A stretch of DNA of 53,067 nt, the filler included, from Jimgerdemannia flammicorona (Eukaryota), in assembly GCA_003990765.1 (NCBI GenBank). It is 3 parts of 3 records of this genome, joined end to end, with 100 filler letters (N's around TTAATTAATTAA, not from the genome) between each part and the next. Parts side by side here need not be neighbours in the genome. Positions count along the whole stretch, not along the records: positions 17,734 to 35,353 come from RBNJ01002468.1; positions 35,454 to 53,067 come from RBNJ01002469.1; 1 more part is not named here. One strand, written 5' to 3'. Made by a program: the position numbers and the translations under genes. Numbering within the stretch: the stretch's first letter is position 1; each line of letters opens with the position of its first letter. The notes below the pieces were generated by a model. It worked only from the letters and a program-made list of their open reading frames with translations. It was not told where the DNA came from and did no database searches. Below, piece after piece: positions 23,253 to 36,920 of the stretch.

Positions 23253-26200
23253 CATAGTATACTTCTTATCATAGTTGTATAGCTTGTATCCTTGTAGCTG
23301 ATAGACATAAAGTTCAGTATCTATGTCACTATTCAGGAATGTATCTTTACATCCATCTGCTGTTCAAATTTTTTGTCCCCACAATACTTCAAACCGTGAG
23401 CGTAGAAGTCGCGGCGGCTGGGTCTCTGCTGTATGCAACCTGCCCATCCTCTTCCCGAAACGGGTTGAGCTGTACGAAGCAAGCATGATTAAAAAGTTAG
23501 GCCCGTCATGCCCTCCCGCTCCATCACTTGTGGGTCAGAGGTGCGTGAACAGAAAATTCACATCTACAAGTGAAGAACAAATGCTGTGTAGAGCGAGTAC
23601 TGGGCATGGGCTTGCCGTTGATGGTCAACAATGTGAAGTAAATACCTGATCGTATATTCAAACAAGTTTTCCATCAAGGCAATATATTCGGGTGTATCAC
23701 ATTGAGTGAGTACTGGACAAAGAGACCACCCCAAGCCAAGGCTATGCTATGATTACCAAACCAATTATCAAAGCATTCCACCGGTGCAAAAATCCTTAAT
23801 ATCGATGCCAATGAGCGAGTACTGGGTAAAGAGACCACTCTACGTCCCGGCCCCGTTCGCCGGTCGCTGCCATATGCCAAGGAACAGAGCACTGCCTACT
23901 ACTACCTTCTAATTGCCACCATCGCCAAATACCTGGCTGGTAAGTATCCGCTGATTTGTAGATTTTGGTGATGTGCTGTCGGATCGGCTGGGTCCTAAAT
24001 GGCTTTAATTACTTCTCCTTTTCCTTCCCCCCTTTACACAGGCATCGGCGTTATGTACATTCACATTTTCGAGCAGCGCAAGAGGTACCTCGGTGCGGCG
24101 AGCAAGGGAAGGCGGTCAGGGCAGAGTAAAGTACGGGTGCTGGGCGGTGTGTGGTAGACATACCCGTAGATGGGATCTTTTAGATATTGGAAACGATGAT
24201 ACCAGAGAGTTTGGCGATAGGTGATCATATTCGGATCCTCCAGATACATAATAAACGTCTACTTTTGAATAGTTTTAAGCTCGACAGTCATCTGTTTTGG
24301 CAGTGGTTTCGTTGTGGTCGACGTACGACGATGTGTTATAGTATTTTTTTTTTTCTTTTTCTTAAAAGTTCGTTGGTCGAAAGAAAAGAGTTTGGTTGGT
24401 TATACTTATGATGAAGACTCAAGCTCAACAAACGTTTGGTACGAATTGACATGTCCAACCCAAGGACTTTGACCTTGTTTCACGCGTGGGCGCGATATTC
24501 ATCAATATCTGCCCCACATGAAGGCGGAACCTCTTATCCGCTTGATTTTCCCTCGGCGTTCAGCTTTCTTGTCCTACTCCTTCATCCCCTATTTACGGCT
24601 TGATAATTTTAGTAATTACGGGGAAAATCCTGACTCAAGCACAGCCCCACCCCCCACCCCCCCCCCAAGGTACTCCATCGATAAGAGGGGTACATTGACA
24701 ACAGGTGGTCACTTGTGATTGAAAGCACGTCAAGATTCTCCTCTTCCTTCATTTGTCTAACCCCATGTCCCATTCCCACTCTTCCCCACCAACAGAAAAT
24801 AGAAGGATCTCATCAATTTCTTCTTTCATTGGTGTAATAAGTGGATAGCCAGTGAAATTTTGCAGGAATAATGTCCAGGTTAGAGGCATGGAGTTGCATT
24901 GTATTTATGAGAGCCAATGAAAATAAACAAAATTTAATGACCCAAAGGTTGGCCTGTACGCCTGTACTCCTCCTCGATATGGCCATGCTGACCTTTTGTA
25001 AAAGAAATCCCAAAAAAGGTGTCAAAGGACTGGAATCGTTGGAAGCCACCATTGTTGTTGGTATTTACTACGGTGATAATTTTGTGATTCTTCTTGCATA
25101 GCCGTTTCAAACATATCGCCCCAATTGCACGAGAAAGCATCAGAAGCTTCGTTTCCAGGAATCATATAGAGCTTTAAGAAGTAAAAGGAGAATTGGATTC
25201 CGAAGAACAAATTGTGTGCTCAATCACTAACTGGAGCATTCAGAGTCGTTTGGCGAGTTATTGTGAGTGCGGAGATTTACGAATTCGAATTTTGGGAGAG
25301 TCCAAAATCTCAAAATTTTGTTCCACCAATCAGTGTCATTGGTTCAAGGGCGGGCACGGCTGTGGGGAGTTAAATAAATTCGGACCGGGTAAAGCCTGTC
25401 CTTCGGGCCTTCTTCTTTTCTCTTTCTGGGAATATGTAGGCACCTCCATCGATATCAGGAACAACAATGACAGTAGGATATACAAAGTTGCCTGCTTCAA
25501 GAAGAATGGCAGGTGAGTTAATTCATCTTGAAAATCCGGTCTCTTATGCTCGAAAGCACGTCAAAATGTCCTTTTCTATCGCCATGGCCCATCCCCACTC
25601 TATCCGCAAACAGCAAATACAAGGATCTCGAATTTTTTCGCTTTTATAGGCATAATAAGTGAAATATAGGGTTCGCTTTATTATAGTTAAAGTTCGGGAT
25701 AGATGTATGAATGCAGATTTATTATTCAGAACTTGAGGTATTGTGACCCAGAGCCCAGCCTATGTTCTCTCTTGCAAGTACTACTATGGCAACGTTGACC
25801 TTCCGACCAGTTGAATGGGCTGTTCGCTAATTGTCCACTGCCGCCATTTCTGACGGAGAAGACGAAAGAAGAAACACAAAAAAACTAATTCAAAGGACAG
25901 GAATCGTTGAAAGTTGCCGTCGATATCTGGCATCTACTTTTTTCATAATGTTGTGATCTTCTTTGCATTGCTGCTGTATCGACTCAAAAACAGAATCGCT
26001 CAATTCCAACAATATTGCGCGAGAAAGAACCGAAGCTTCGCTTCCGAAATACACGTACAATAAATATGAAAAAGGAAAGGATCTATATGAATTAAAAGGA
26101 GAATTGGGTTCCCAAGAGGAAATAATGTATATGCTTCTGGTATCACTGGAGCATTCAGCGGTTGTTCAGCGAGTATTTGGAGAATGAGGGTGTTTATATT

Positions 26201-26399
26201 TTCGATTTTAGGTAGCGCTCAAAGTTTTTTTTTACTCGGAAGGTGATGGTCAAGACATTCCTGCAGTGGCCGATAGTCGTTACAAAACAGGAATTGTTGG
26301 GCTCACTTCGTTGGATTTGAATTTCGATAAATGGCTTTCCCAAATTAAGTAAAAATCATTTGTGTGAACTGAACCTCACTATGTCGTTGTGCCTGGGAA

Positions 26400-27205
26400 G
26401 ATATTCAAAGTCAACATATATGACAGGACTGACCAATTTCGACACTGTTATCGTTGGAGATCTTACCAAGCCAGAAGTTGAAATGTTCGTCTACGACCAT
26501 ATCCTTGGGTCTCCATGTAGGTTGCATGCGTATCGTTTTATTCGATGATGCTACTTTTTGCGGATTTTTACCTCTACTATTTTGACAATCTTTCTTTTGT
26601 CTCTGGGTGTAGAATATAACAACATCAGGTTCAATTTCGAAGAGGTGTACGATATGACTGGCGGTCGCATGATTTACATCGTTGAGTATGTTATCAATTA
26701 CAGGGCCACCAAATGGGCTGGAGAAGGCTTCAATGGTATCCATGGGTTGTTTTGGCCGGAGCACGCATTATTTGCGGTCTGTCGGATGTTACACGTCGTT
26801 TTAATTGTAGCTCCGCGTAATTTAATCCCCAAAATTTCCGTCATTTAGAAAAATTACTCTCGCAGTACAGACAGGTGTCAAGAGAGCATTGGATACAAAG
26901 AGGCTTTCTAAAACAATCGAGACAATGAAGTCAGCAGCCAAATTCACAGAAGTGGAGGTCCTCAAGGTTATGGTTATGAAGATGTTTGTTGAATCTCAGG
27001 ATGGTTAGCTTTTGGTAGACGACGTCATCCTCTCCATCGGTTCAGCGGCTACTACGAGTCTAGTGGAGTGCAATATTATCCACCAGAGACCCAAGTGCAC
27101 CCGCGATTTCGCCTTCGATATACTTAACACCCCTGACTAACATGAGTCGTCCGCAGTTTCGTCCAATGGGAATAGTGTTGGAAAGAATCGGATGTTGATG
27201 CATAG
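26400..27205 (+). pseudogene. Fragments resembling the C-terminal region of a fungal P-loop (AAA/ATPase_2-like) protein
   Basis: TVIVGDLTKPEVEMFV, FEEVYDMTGGRMIYIVEYV and SLVECNIIHQRP resemble that family from memory. Stops present and no Walker A seen. Confidence 0.4.
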
Positions 27206-28264
27206 TCAGTTTTCTGACATTTAGCTATTATTAATTTTTTTCAAATAAGCGTCTTGTCCCTTTTTTCCAAACATTCTCTTTAGCTTGCCGAAGAAAGAAG
27301 AATTACGTAGGGAAAGGAACAGTGTGAATGTTTAGATTCTAGATTTTTATTTTGCGAGCCAGGAGACGGTTTGTGCGTTCCATAGTTCAGGACAGATTTT
27401 GTCCTTTCAAACATTCAATTAGAATTTTATTTTCCTCTACTTGAGCTTTGTTCCGAGTCACAAGACCTATAAATTCGGCCTAGAATCAATGGCACGTAAT
27501 CCGTCAATCTTTCCTTGTGCATCCATCTATTAGAGGTTGTTTCGAAATGCCCTTGCTAAACATCCACCTGTTGAGACGGAATTTCTCATTAATCTTGCAA
27601 AAAATCGACTCTTAAATCGGCATTGTACCAATTTCTTGCCCGATGTGGCCTGGAACAATGCAACGCGATTTATTGCGTGCACATGCCAATTGACGACTGC
27701 TGTCTATTCACCTTTTTGATCCGTCGCAAGCCTTTGTAATTAGAAAGCGAGCTGGTCAAACTTTTGCCTCTTTTTATCTGCTTCCGTGTATGTACAATAC
27801 CACTCTGTTTAATCTATAAAAGACATTGTGCTCTGGTATTAAAATATTCGGAGTGCTGCGCAATATAGTTTGATGGAGAATTAATTACATAAAAGTCCCA
27901 AATATCATGCCACACTAAAGCAGTTGGATATACCATGTAGTTGGTAGCCGCGAAAGCCAAAGTGCTTTTTTTTTATATCTTAGTCGTGTGACGAGGGATA
28001 TGAACCAGGAGATCATGGATGGGGAATCGTTTCCTCTGTTCTAAAATACCACCTCCGGTAATTTTATTCATATCACAGACCAAATTATAAAAAAAAAAAA
28101 AAAAAAAGTAATCCAAATCCCTATTCTACTGAAAAATGTAAACTTAAATGAGCACATTGTTACTCTCCAGAAGAATTAAATACATACAATTCATAAAATA
28201 TGTATCACGAAGACCAAAAAATAACAACGAGCTTTTATCCTATATTTGGCTGGACTGCACAAAA

Positions 28265-28578
28265 TCACGGCAGGGTACACGTTGTCCAGAAGGTCGGTCC
28301 AGGCAATCTCATGGTTAATCCCATGGATAGAGCACAAGTGTTATTGCTGCTATCCTGTTGACAAGTTACATACACCATTATGAGGTTGTAGAAATAGTTG
28401 GGATGGAGACGTGGGTTGTTATCATCTGGGTTGGAGGGCTTCGACACTCTAGGTAGGTTTCTACCTGTAATGCAAAATGTTCAATGGATAATGCTTATCG
28501 GCATGTAAACCTTATGGTATAATACATATAATACATCTGACCGGAGCTTCCGGTGCTTATGTTGCTGTTCCCGGGCAT
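28265..28578 (-). CDS. Possible small spliced ORF, hypothetical
   Basis: ATG at 28578. A GT..CAG intron (~28541-28466) joins in frame to give MPGNSNISTGSSGRNLPRVSKPSNPDDNNPRLHPNYFY... No recognised homology. Confidence 0.25.
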
Positions 28579-28823
28579 ACTGAATGAGACAAAACCTTTT
28601 TCGCCTTGTTCTCTCTTGACCTAAACAAGTCATCTCAATATAGATCACTTGTAGATATTGACTGAATTCTTTTTTATTTGTTTTATATTTTTTATAGTAA
28701 ACTATTTGTTGTGGAACACTTGGAAGATGGAGAGGAGGATGGAAAGAACAGGGCGTTGTTTATTGATGCTAACTTATGCGCTTTTACGCGTATTGATGAC
28801 GTTTCATGATAACGTAGTCAGGT

Positions 28824-31800
28824 CAGGCTATGTCGAGTTCAATCCTGGATTGAGGATTAATTGATAAAGAGCTATCAATCAATTTAATTCTCTACTACTT
28901 CAATCTTCAATCAAGTTAATTTAAAGAGATCAATCTGCTTAAATAGATTGATAGATTGATATATATAGATATACTCAGATAGAAAAAACTTACTATATGT
29001 AAAATGTAAGTACAAACTGATATAGATAAGTATTTACTATATATAATAATATAGATATATCTAAATACATATGTCTCTATCTTTTTAAACTATAAATATG
29101 AGCACTCAGCTGATGCAGCATATGGATCCAGTGGTAGATGATCTTGTATTGAATCTAGGAAGTATATATGGAGTTGAGGATTCCAGTTTCAAGAGCCAAA
29201 GCACAATTCCTGATGCCAACAAAGATGATGTATATAAGGACATCAACTGGTTATGTCTATCTAACTATCAACAGCCATTTAGACCCCTGAAAGGAAAGAA
29301 AAAGAGCTGGGTATAAGAGCATAGATATATGGTTTAAGAAAGAGATACAAATAAAGACAAGAAAAAGATCTTCTGAGTCTGCAAATACTGTCACCAGGCA
29401 TGCTATTGTAATGAGCATATATACATCTGTGACCTCTCTACTAGCAGTGCTATCAAGTATCTTATATGCTCTGATATCAAAGATCATACTATTAGTAAAG
29501 ACATGTCTCTCCAGATAAGCTAGAAGCAGAAGTATACTATACTCAAGCAGCTTCAAGAATGCTACTACATTTCTCAGAGTGTAGCAAATACACTTCTATC
29601 AACTTATATACCACAGATTTTCAAGCAGAAGATACTTAAATAGATTACTGCCAGAAACCACTCTCTTTGAGAAGTCAAGACTCTAGAATTTCTAGAGATG
29701 ATCACTATAGTAAATCAAGATATGGTTAATGATATATCTACCAAACCATCCATAATTATATCTTATAGAAATATAAAAGTTATGAGGGAGTTTTGACAGA
29801 GGTATTTGCCTCTACAGAGTTGAAGATTTATATTTTATTTAACAACTGGTCAATATATAGCCAGTAATATACTATCACTGACATCTGCATCTATTTCCTT
29901 ATAGATACTGGGAAGATGATCAACTTCCTTATCTCAATGCCAAAGCTCCTTGGTTGATATTCAGAGTATAATAACTCTGAACTTATCTCTATCACAATTA
30001 TAAAATACAATATTGTAGACTGACATAGCTATAGTATCTCTGATAATTATAAAGTAAATAATATATATATCTGGCATCTTACAGAAGAATTTGAATTCAG
30101 TCTAAAGGAATACTATATTCACTATATTGTTTATATCATCAACCTTATAGTACAGGTACTACTATTTGGTATAGATAAAGACTCCTTTAAAAATGAGACA
30201 GAGAATATTTCAGAAGAATAAAAGTTCCTAAAGGAGTGGCAGCAAATATTTAGGAATATTGATTGACCTCATTGACCATTATAATACTCTACAGCATCAT
30301 CAGCTATTAGTGCAGTTCTAAGAGGAGGGGAATACAGCTCATTTATCCTTAAACTTCAAGGTTTGGGAGCTATTTAGGCCAATCAAAACTAGATGGAATA
30401 GCTATCTTGATGTATTTCATTATATACTACAGCTATATAGTCCATTGGATGCATATGCATAGTACTGGATCAATGGGTACTATTGCAAAATTATCACATA
30501 GAAGAGGTTAAAGAAAAAGAGAAAGAAAGTAGAGATCTTAAAGCCACCACACTTTATTAATGCTAGAGGCCTTAGCTTATGACTGAGGTGTCATCTACAG
30601 CTATGTGAAGCTTCTGCAGCCTTTGAAAGAAGCTACAAAATGCATTGAGGCTTGAGATGGACTATCTATTGAAGATATTTGAGGATACAAAGGAGCATAT
30701 CACAGAAGCTACTCAGAAGGAGTTCCCAGACCAGCTACCCATAGAGAACTATAATAAAATCAATATTAACAGAGCATAGAGTAAGCTGAACCACTACTAC
30801 ACACTGCTCAATGACTTACCAGCATACTATGCAGTAGTAGTACTATATTCAGCTCTTAAAAGATACTGTACCAATATATGGAAAGATCAACCAGAATAGC
30901 TTATCAGTAGTGAGACTACATTCAAGAGGCTTTGGTTTACATATAAATCTCAGCTACTAAATTAAAGCCTGCTGCACTGCATGCAGCAGCCAGCACCCAG
31001 AATTAGTGCTCCCAATGAATCAAATTGAATTAAATTGGACCTAAATTCGATTTAATTTGAAAACTTCAAATTGAATTGAGGCCCAATTTGATTCAAAGTC
31101 TAATTCAAACCCTATTTTTAGAATTTTAATAACTCGACGAATATACATCCAAAGTCAATGATCTTTAGCTTGTTATATTCCTCATATATAGAGGAATCTA
31201 ACAAGCTAATGATCATTGAATTTGGATGGGTATTCGTCGAGTTATTACATTTCTAAAAATAGGGTTCAAATCAGACCTACAATTCAATTTGATTTGAATT
31301 GATTCAATTCATTTTGGAGCACTACCCAGAATGATGTCAGCTTTTACTGTTCATTTACCAGCGACAATACTGAGGCATATGATGATGAGATCAATGAATA
31401 TGAGTAGTAGAAGGTGAGGTATTCAGTTTCTATAGACAATGAGAGTATAAATGACTTTATTCAGTAGTGGTGGTTCCAGCATGCTGAATTTCCACATCTT
31501 TGCCATATGGCAATGGATATTCTTACTATCCTAGCTGCTAGTACTGATGTGGAAAGAGCTTTTAGCAAGACTGGTGACTTGCTAGAGCTCTGCTGCTTAT
31601 AGCTTGAGTTGGAAATACTTGGTATACTATAGTGTTTAAGAAACTGGAGTTGAGCTGAAATAGTAGACTAGTAATAGTAGCAGTAGCAGTAGTAGTAGTA
31701 GTAGCAGAAGTGGGAGGACTATGTAGTATATATAGTTATGAATACAATTCAAACTGTAGCAAAGTGGCTGATACTACTTATTGTACACAATGTATATATC

Positions 31801-32478
31801 ATTTATGCAATCATTTCTCTTAGTTAGATTAGTTTCTGGAAGAACATTTATGCAATAATTCTGTATGCCAGTTTCATGCAACAGTTTACTGTCATTTCTC
31901 TTACCATTCACTCTAGTATATAGTCTAGTAATTTGTATTTTATATTTCATATCTTCAATTTGCATATCCCTCTCTCTCTTTCTCTCTGGTTATTATTTAA
32001 TAAATGACTCCTTTGCATATATATGTGAAAGACAGGCCAGGGAAGTATATGCTTCCATATTGCCAAACCCATGCCTTGTCTCAGTTTCTGGTTCCTTTCT
32101 TTCTCATATTGGTCTACCATTCTCCTTATAATATAGTTTAGCTTATAGTTGTTTTTTCTCATCACTTTTACCACTATTTGGCAATATGATACTTTGATAA
32201 TTAGAAAGTGAAAAAGATGTACTTTTCTATCATCTACTCTGATCCAATCTTATCTGTAATTTAAGCTGAAGAGGCATATGTCCATTGTTCACCCAATCTC
32301 ATCTGTGATTTAAGCTGAAGTGGCATAAGTCCATCATACTCCTTATCCTATCAATCTAATTAAGTCAAGTCCAATCCTAAGGGTTTGATTCTCAATCAAT
32401 CAATCCTTAACTTGGAAAATTTCAATCAATTCAATCTCTGACTATCAGATTGGATTGACTTGATTGATAGTAAGTCTG
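28824..32478 (+). mobile_element. hAT DNA transposon with degenerate transposase (~29098-31653)
   Basis: BED-like SWV..CKYCH, KTRWNSYL (~30386), AYYAVVVL and a C-terminal dimerisation domain WWFQHAEFPHL..MAMDILTI.AASTDVERAFS. TCAATC/GATTGA subterminal repeats at both ends. Weak TIR CAGGCTA / TAAGTCTG; no TSD match, so boundaries are approximate. Confidence 0.88.
31004..31324. mobile_element. Palindromic hAT-type MITE, copy 3, inserted in the hAT transposase
   Basis: TAGTGCTCC...GGAGCACTA with a perfect 8-bp TSD CCCAGAAT (30996-31003 / 31325-31332). Confidence 0.95.
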
Positions 32479-35353
32479 CTCCTAAGTATTACAATTCTTT
32501 CTAGATCAAGTAGCTCTTAGCAGGCATATCTCTCAAAGTATAGTAAACAGACTTAACTTTTGCTTTTTGGTTTCAATTTCCGACTGAGGTTTATTTATAT
32601 AAATCTTCAGAATAATTTATACAGTTATAGTTGCTATCTAATTGCTACATATATAGCTAACTATAGATTGTTATTTTAGTAATATTTCACTGTTTCTAAT
32701 AGGAATATAAATCTCAAATTCTAATATAGTGTATTAGCTAGGAATACTAATCTCAAATTCTGGTATAGTATACTAACTAGAAATACTTAGTGCTCTTATT
32801 TAGCTATCTTGATTATTTATATAAGTTGATACAGTAGGACAGACTTAGTTACTTAGTATACTTAATATAGTATATATCTAAATTATAGTAACTAATTTAG
32901 ATAATGACTTGATATATTTTTCTACTAACTTATTATATCAGCCCCTACTGAAGGATAGTCTATTTCAAGCTGTTCTTTAGTCATTACTCTAATATAAGTG
33001 GGCATCTTCTACATTAACTTCTGTCTATCATTTTCTTCAGTTGTAGAGTAACTCTATTCTAAGGACTTCTTTTCTTCTTTAGAAAATAGTACCTCAACAT
33101 GATGAATAATACTTAGATAGACAGCAGGAGTTATTCTTTAGATATCTCTAAGGTGAAATTAGACTTAAGTTAATGCTCCTGCATTTTACTTATAGATGGT
33201 ATATAGTCTGTCTACTGTGATAATATTCCTTTGAATGAGACCTATGAGATATCTGGTATAGATATACTCAGATGTTAAGAGGTCTTGTAGTTGTTCTTCA
33301 ATGACATAGTATGTCTATAGCTAGTGGATTTCTAGGAGTTACTGAGCTATAGTGAGATTCTCTTGATAAACCTGGATCAATTGGGAGCAGTTGTCAACAG
33401 TTGCTATAAACTTAGATAGAAGAATTTATAGAGCTTAAAGAGAACTAAAGATAAGGATCTGAAGGTACTGATTAATTCTCTGAGTCATTGTATAGAGGGT
33501 GGATATATATATCTTAAGGTGATTGATATATACTAGAGTCTTCGGAGTATATCTATCTATACTTCTTATATAGACAAATATTTCTCTGATATTGTATATG
33601 AGATAAAGTCCTTTCTATTTGGACTCCAGTTTGGTAGCAAAGTTTATTTTGATTATATTTCTTCAGACTAGTATCTGATCTCTGATCTTAATCTTCTAAT
33701 CCTTCTACTTCTTATTATAGTACTTCTTTTATCTTTTCTAAGCTTTAATTATCTGAGCTTAAACTTGATTATATAATTGTTCTATCATTTTGAGAAGGTT
33801 CTTATGATCAGCAGATCTCGTTTTCTTAGTAAATATTATCTCAAATGACTTTTATTCAGTAAGGGTGATGAGAGTATTCTAAATTTCACTTAGAATCTCA
33901 GATAAGTAAATGTTTCAGTTAGTAGAATTAACTTAAATAAGTTCTTTCTTAATGGTCTGATTCATTTGTTCTATTATATCATTGGTTTGAGGATAGTATG
34001 ATATAGTTCATTTGAGATAGATCTTGTGAATTCAGGTATAACTTATAATTATATTATTTATAAATTCTGTTCCTCAGTTAGAAATAAGTTCTTCTAGAGA
34101 TCTATATCTGAGTGAGAGACTATAGAGGAGGCCAACAATAGTTAAGACATTAGTAATTTCTATTGAAAAAGCTTCAGGCTATTTAGTTAGATATTTTACA
34201 AATACTCGAATATATATATTTGTCTTTTTTTTAGTATAACTAGCAGATATCTAATAAAATCTACTCTCTATCTCTGAAAGATATTGTCTGGGTATAATTG
34301 GTTGAAGTAGTATCTAGTAGTTCTTCTTTCTTTAGTATTTCTAACAGATCTCATATTTTATAAGTATATCTCTGACTTATATTCTGAGATTGAGCCAATA
34401 TTGATATATTGTTCATAGCTTTTCTTTTATATATATTTACTTATCCTTGGTGGACTTTCTAGTATTCTTTTCAAATAAGATCTTCTTCTACTTTAATAGT
34501 CATGAGAGCTTTCTTTAGAGTGTGATTCTTTGGTAAACTCTTTGTTTAATTTATTAGAGTAGATGAGAAAGTACATCAATATTATTGTTGGCTTTCTCAA
34601 CTTTGTAAATGATAGTAATTTTGTAATTCTATAAGATAAGAATCTAGCAAGCAAGAATTCTAGTAGATTTCTTATAGTTGAATTATTATTTGAGAGTAAT
34701 ATAGTTAATTATCAGAGGGAATCCTTTTCTGATAAGATAGTGCTTGAACAGAATAACTGTCTATATAACTGTAAGGTATTCTAGTTTGGTGCTACTATAA
34801 TTGGTTTGCTGCTGATTGATAGCTCAGCTTATATAAGCTATTATAAAGTACTATTAGTCAGGTTCTTCTGGGGCTAAAATTGCTCTAAGACCATCTTTGA
34901 AGGCATCTATATATAAGATTAATAGCTTCTATAGGTTGGATTATATATATGAGAATTAATACCTTAGTCATATAGCACTTTACTTCTCTGAAAGCTAGTT
35001 ATTGTAGTTTTCTCTATTTATATAGTATTTCTTTCTTGAGAAGGGTTTAAATTAGGGCAACAATTTGGATAAAGTCCTTGATAAATGTTCTGTATTAGGA
35101 TAATAATATCAGTATTTCTTTCTGGGTCTTAGATACTAGCTAGTTGTTGATCTTCTCAATTTTCTTTATATCTGTATAGATTCTTTTTTTAGAAATAATG
35201 AATCTATGAAATTCAAGTTCTGTTTTCCAAGTAATATTTTTTAGCATTGAATCTCAGATAGTTCTTGAGAGTAAGCTGGAAGAATTCTTCTAGTTGGTAT
35301 AGATATTCTTCAAAATTTGCTGAATAGATATTAGAATTGTCAATTTTTTTTTT
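32479..35353 (-). mobile_element. Strongly eroded Gypsy 3' half (RT-RH-IN-ORF3-PPT-3' LTR), second family
   Basis: Eroded RT/RH/IN motifs. ORF3-like frame from ATG 33488. PPT AGTAGGGGC, then an LTR starting TGATATAATA at 32940. Homologous to 51560-52530. Confidence 0.82.
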
Positions 35354-35453
35354 NNNNNNNNNNNNNNNNNNNNNNNNNNNNNNNNNNNNNNNNNNNNTTA
35401 ATTAATTAANNNNNNNNNNNNNNNNNNNNNNNNNNNNNNNNNNNNNNNNNNNN
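35354..35453. other. Artificial contig-joining linker
   Basis: 44 N + TTAATTAATTAA + 44 N. Confidence 0.98.
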
Positions 35454-36920
35454 CCGAGAGTGTCACCTACCACCTAACCGCGCCGCACCAATCAAAAGGC
35501 CCCACCGAAGCAGCACCTGCCCCAGCCCCGATGACCGCCCCCAGCCTGGCACCCTACTGGTTCACCGTAATCGCCCTTCCGCCTATCTGTGATGGCCACC
35601 TCCCCTCCCATCCCGACAACACCCGAAAAACAGTCACCTACGCCAGAACCGCGCTCGCCGGGAAGCTCGCCAAAGCCAGAGGGCCCCACCACAGGTACCG
35701 AGGACCTGCAGGTAACCTATACTGAGCACTTGACGCCCAAGGTCGGCCGACTCCCTACGTAGCCCGAGACATACCGAGACAACTCCTTGTTGGCGACGGC
35801 AAAAGGAAGAAGGCGCCACACCAAAATGGGTACACCCCAGACGCAGCTGAAGGCACCAGAATCTGCGAAAAAGTGGAGGAAGCACCGATCCGACACCGAT
35901 AAAAGGGCAACTCATCACCATTGCCCTCCTCCCACCATGCCCCTACAGGTACAGCAAACCAACCCGAGGTAGAGGGGGTAATATTAGGGGAAAGGGAACT
36001 CGGAAGGTCGCCTACCAAACCTTGTGACCGGTAAGGTAGCGGAGAAAGGAGCTGTCCGAAGGGCAAAGAAAAACCCTCATCAAAGTACAATACAGTGGGT
36101 AGGGCCTGGTTCTCCCAGTTGAGATGAGTAAAGAACTTACACATGAGGTAGGAGGAGACCCCCAATACCCCACTACTCAAGCCTGTAGGCCTCGATCACA
36201 TTGCTGTATCAGCTCCCAGTTCCAGTTGAGTGCAGCCAAGATGCCTGAAATGGATAGCCTCAGGCCTCCTGACCCCCCCTGATGACTGGGGCCCAACCCC
36301 GCTGACTGCCAAAAGAAGCTGATAGTGACACCTATCACCTAACCATGCTACACCAATCAAAAGGCCCCACCGAAGCAGTACCTGCCCCAGCCCCAATGAC
36401 CGCCCCCAGCCTAGCACCCTACTGGTCCACTGTTATCGCCCTTCCTCCTATCTATGATGGCCATCTCCCCTCCCATCCCGACAATACCTGAAAAGCAGTC
36501 ACCTACACCAGAACCATGCTCGCCAGGAAGCTCGCCAAAGCCAGAGGGCTCCACCACAGGCACCGAGGACCTGCAGGTAACCTACACTGAGCACTTGACA
36601 TCCAAGGTCAGCTGACTCCCTATGTAGCCCGAGACATACCGAGACAACACCTTGTTGGTGATAGCAAAAGGAAGAAGACACCGCACCAAAACAGATACAC
36701 TCCAGATGCAGCCAAAGGCACCAGAAACTGCGAAAAAGTGGAGAAAGCACTGATCCGACACTGATAAAGGGGCAACTCATCACTATTGCCCTCCTCCCAC
36801 TATGCCCCTACAGGCACAGCAAACCAACCCGAGGTAGAGGGGGTAATAATAGGGGAAAGGGGACTTGGAAGGTTGCCTACCAAACCTTATGACTGATAAG
36901 GTAGCAGAGAAAGGAGCTGT
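35454..36920. repeat. GC-rich direct repeat, period 865 bp (35454-36055 vs 36319-36920)
   Basis: About 602 bp align at offset 865 at both ends. Differences are mostly transitions. Confidence 0.92.

Noticed and set aside
23323..24160. Possible gene fragment with a GTAAGT..CAG intron (~23940-24041)
   Set aside because: Frames are broken and no product could be recognised.
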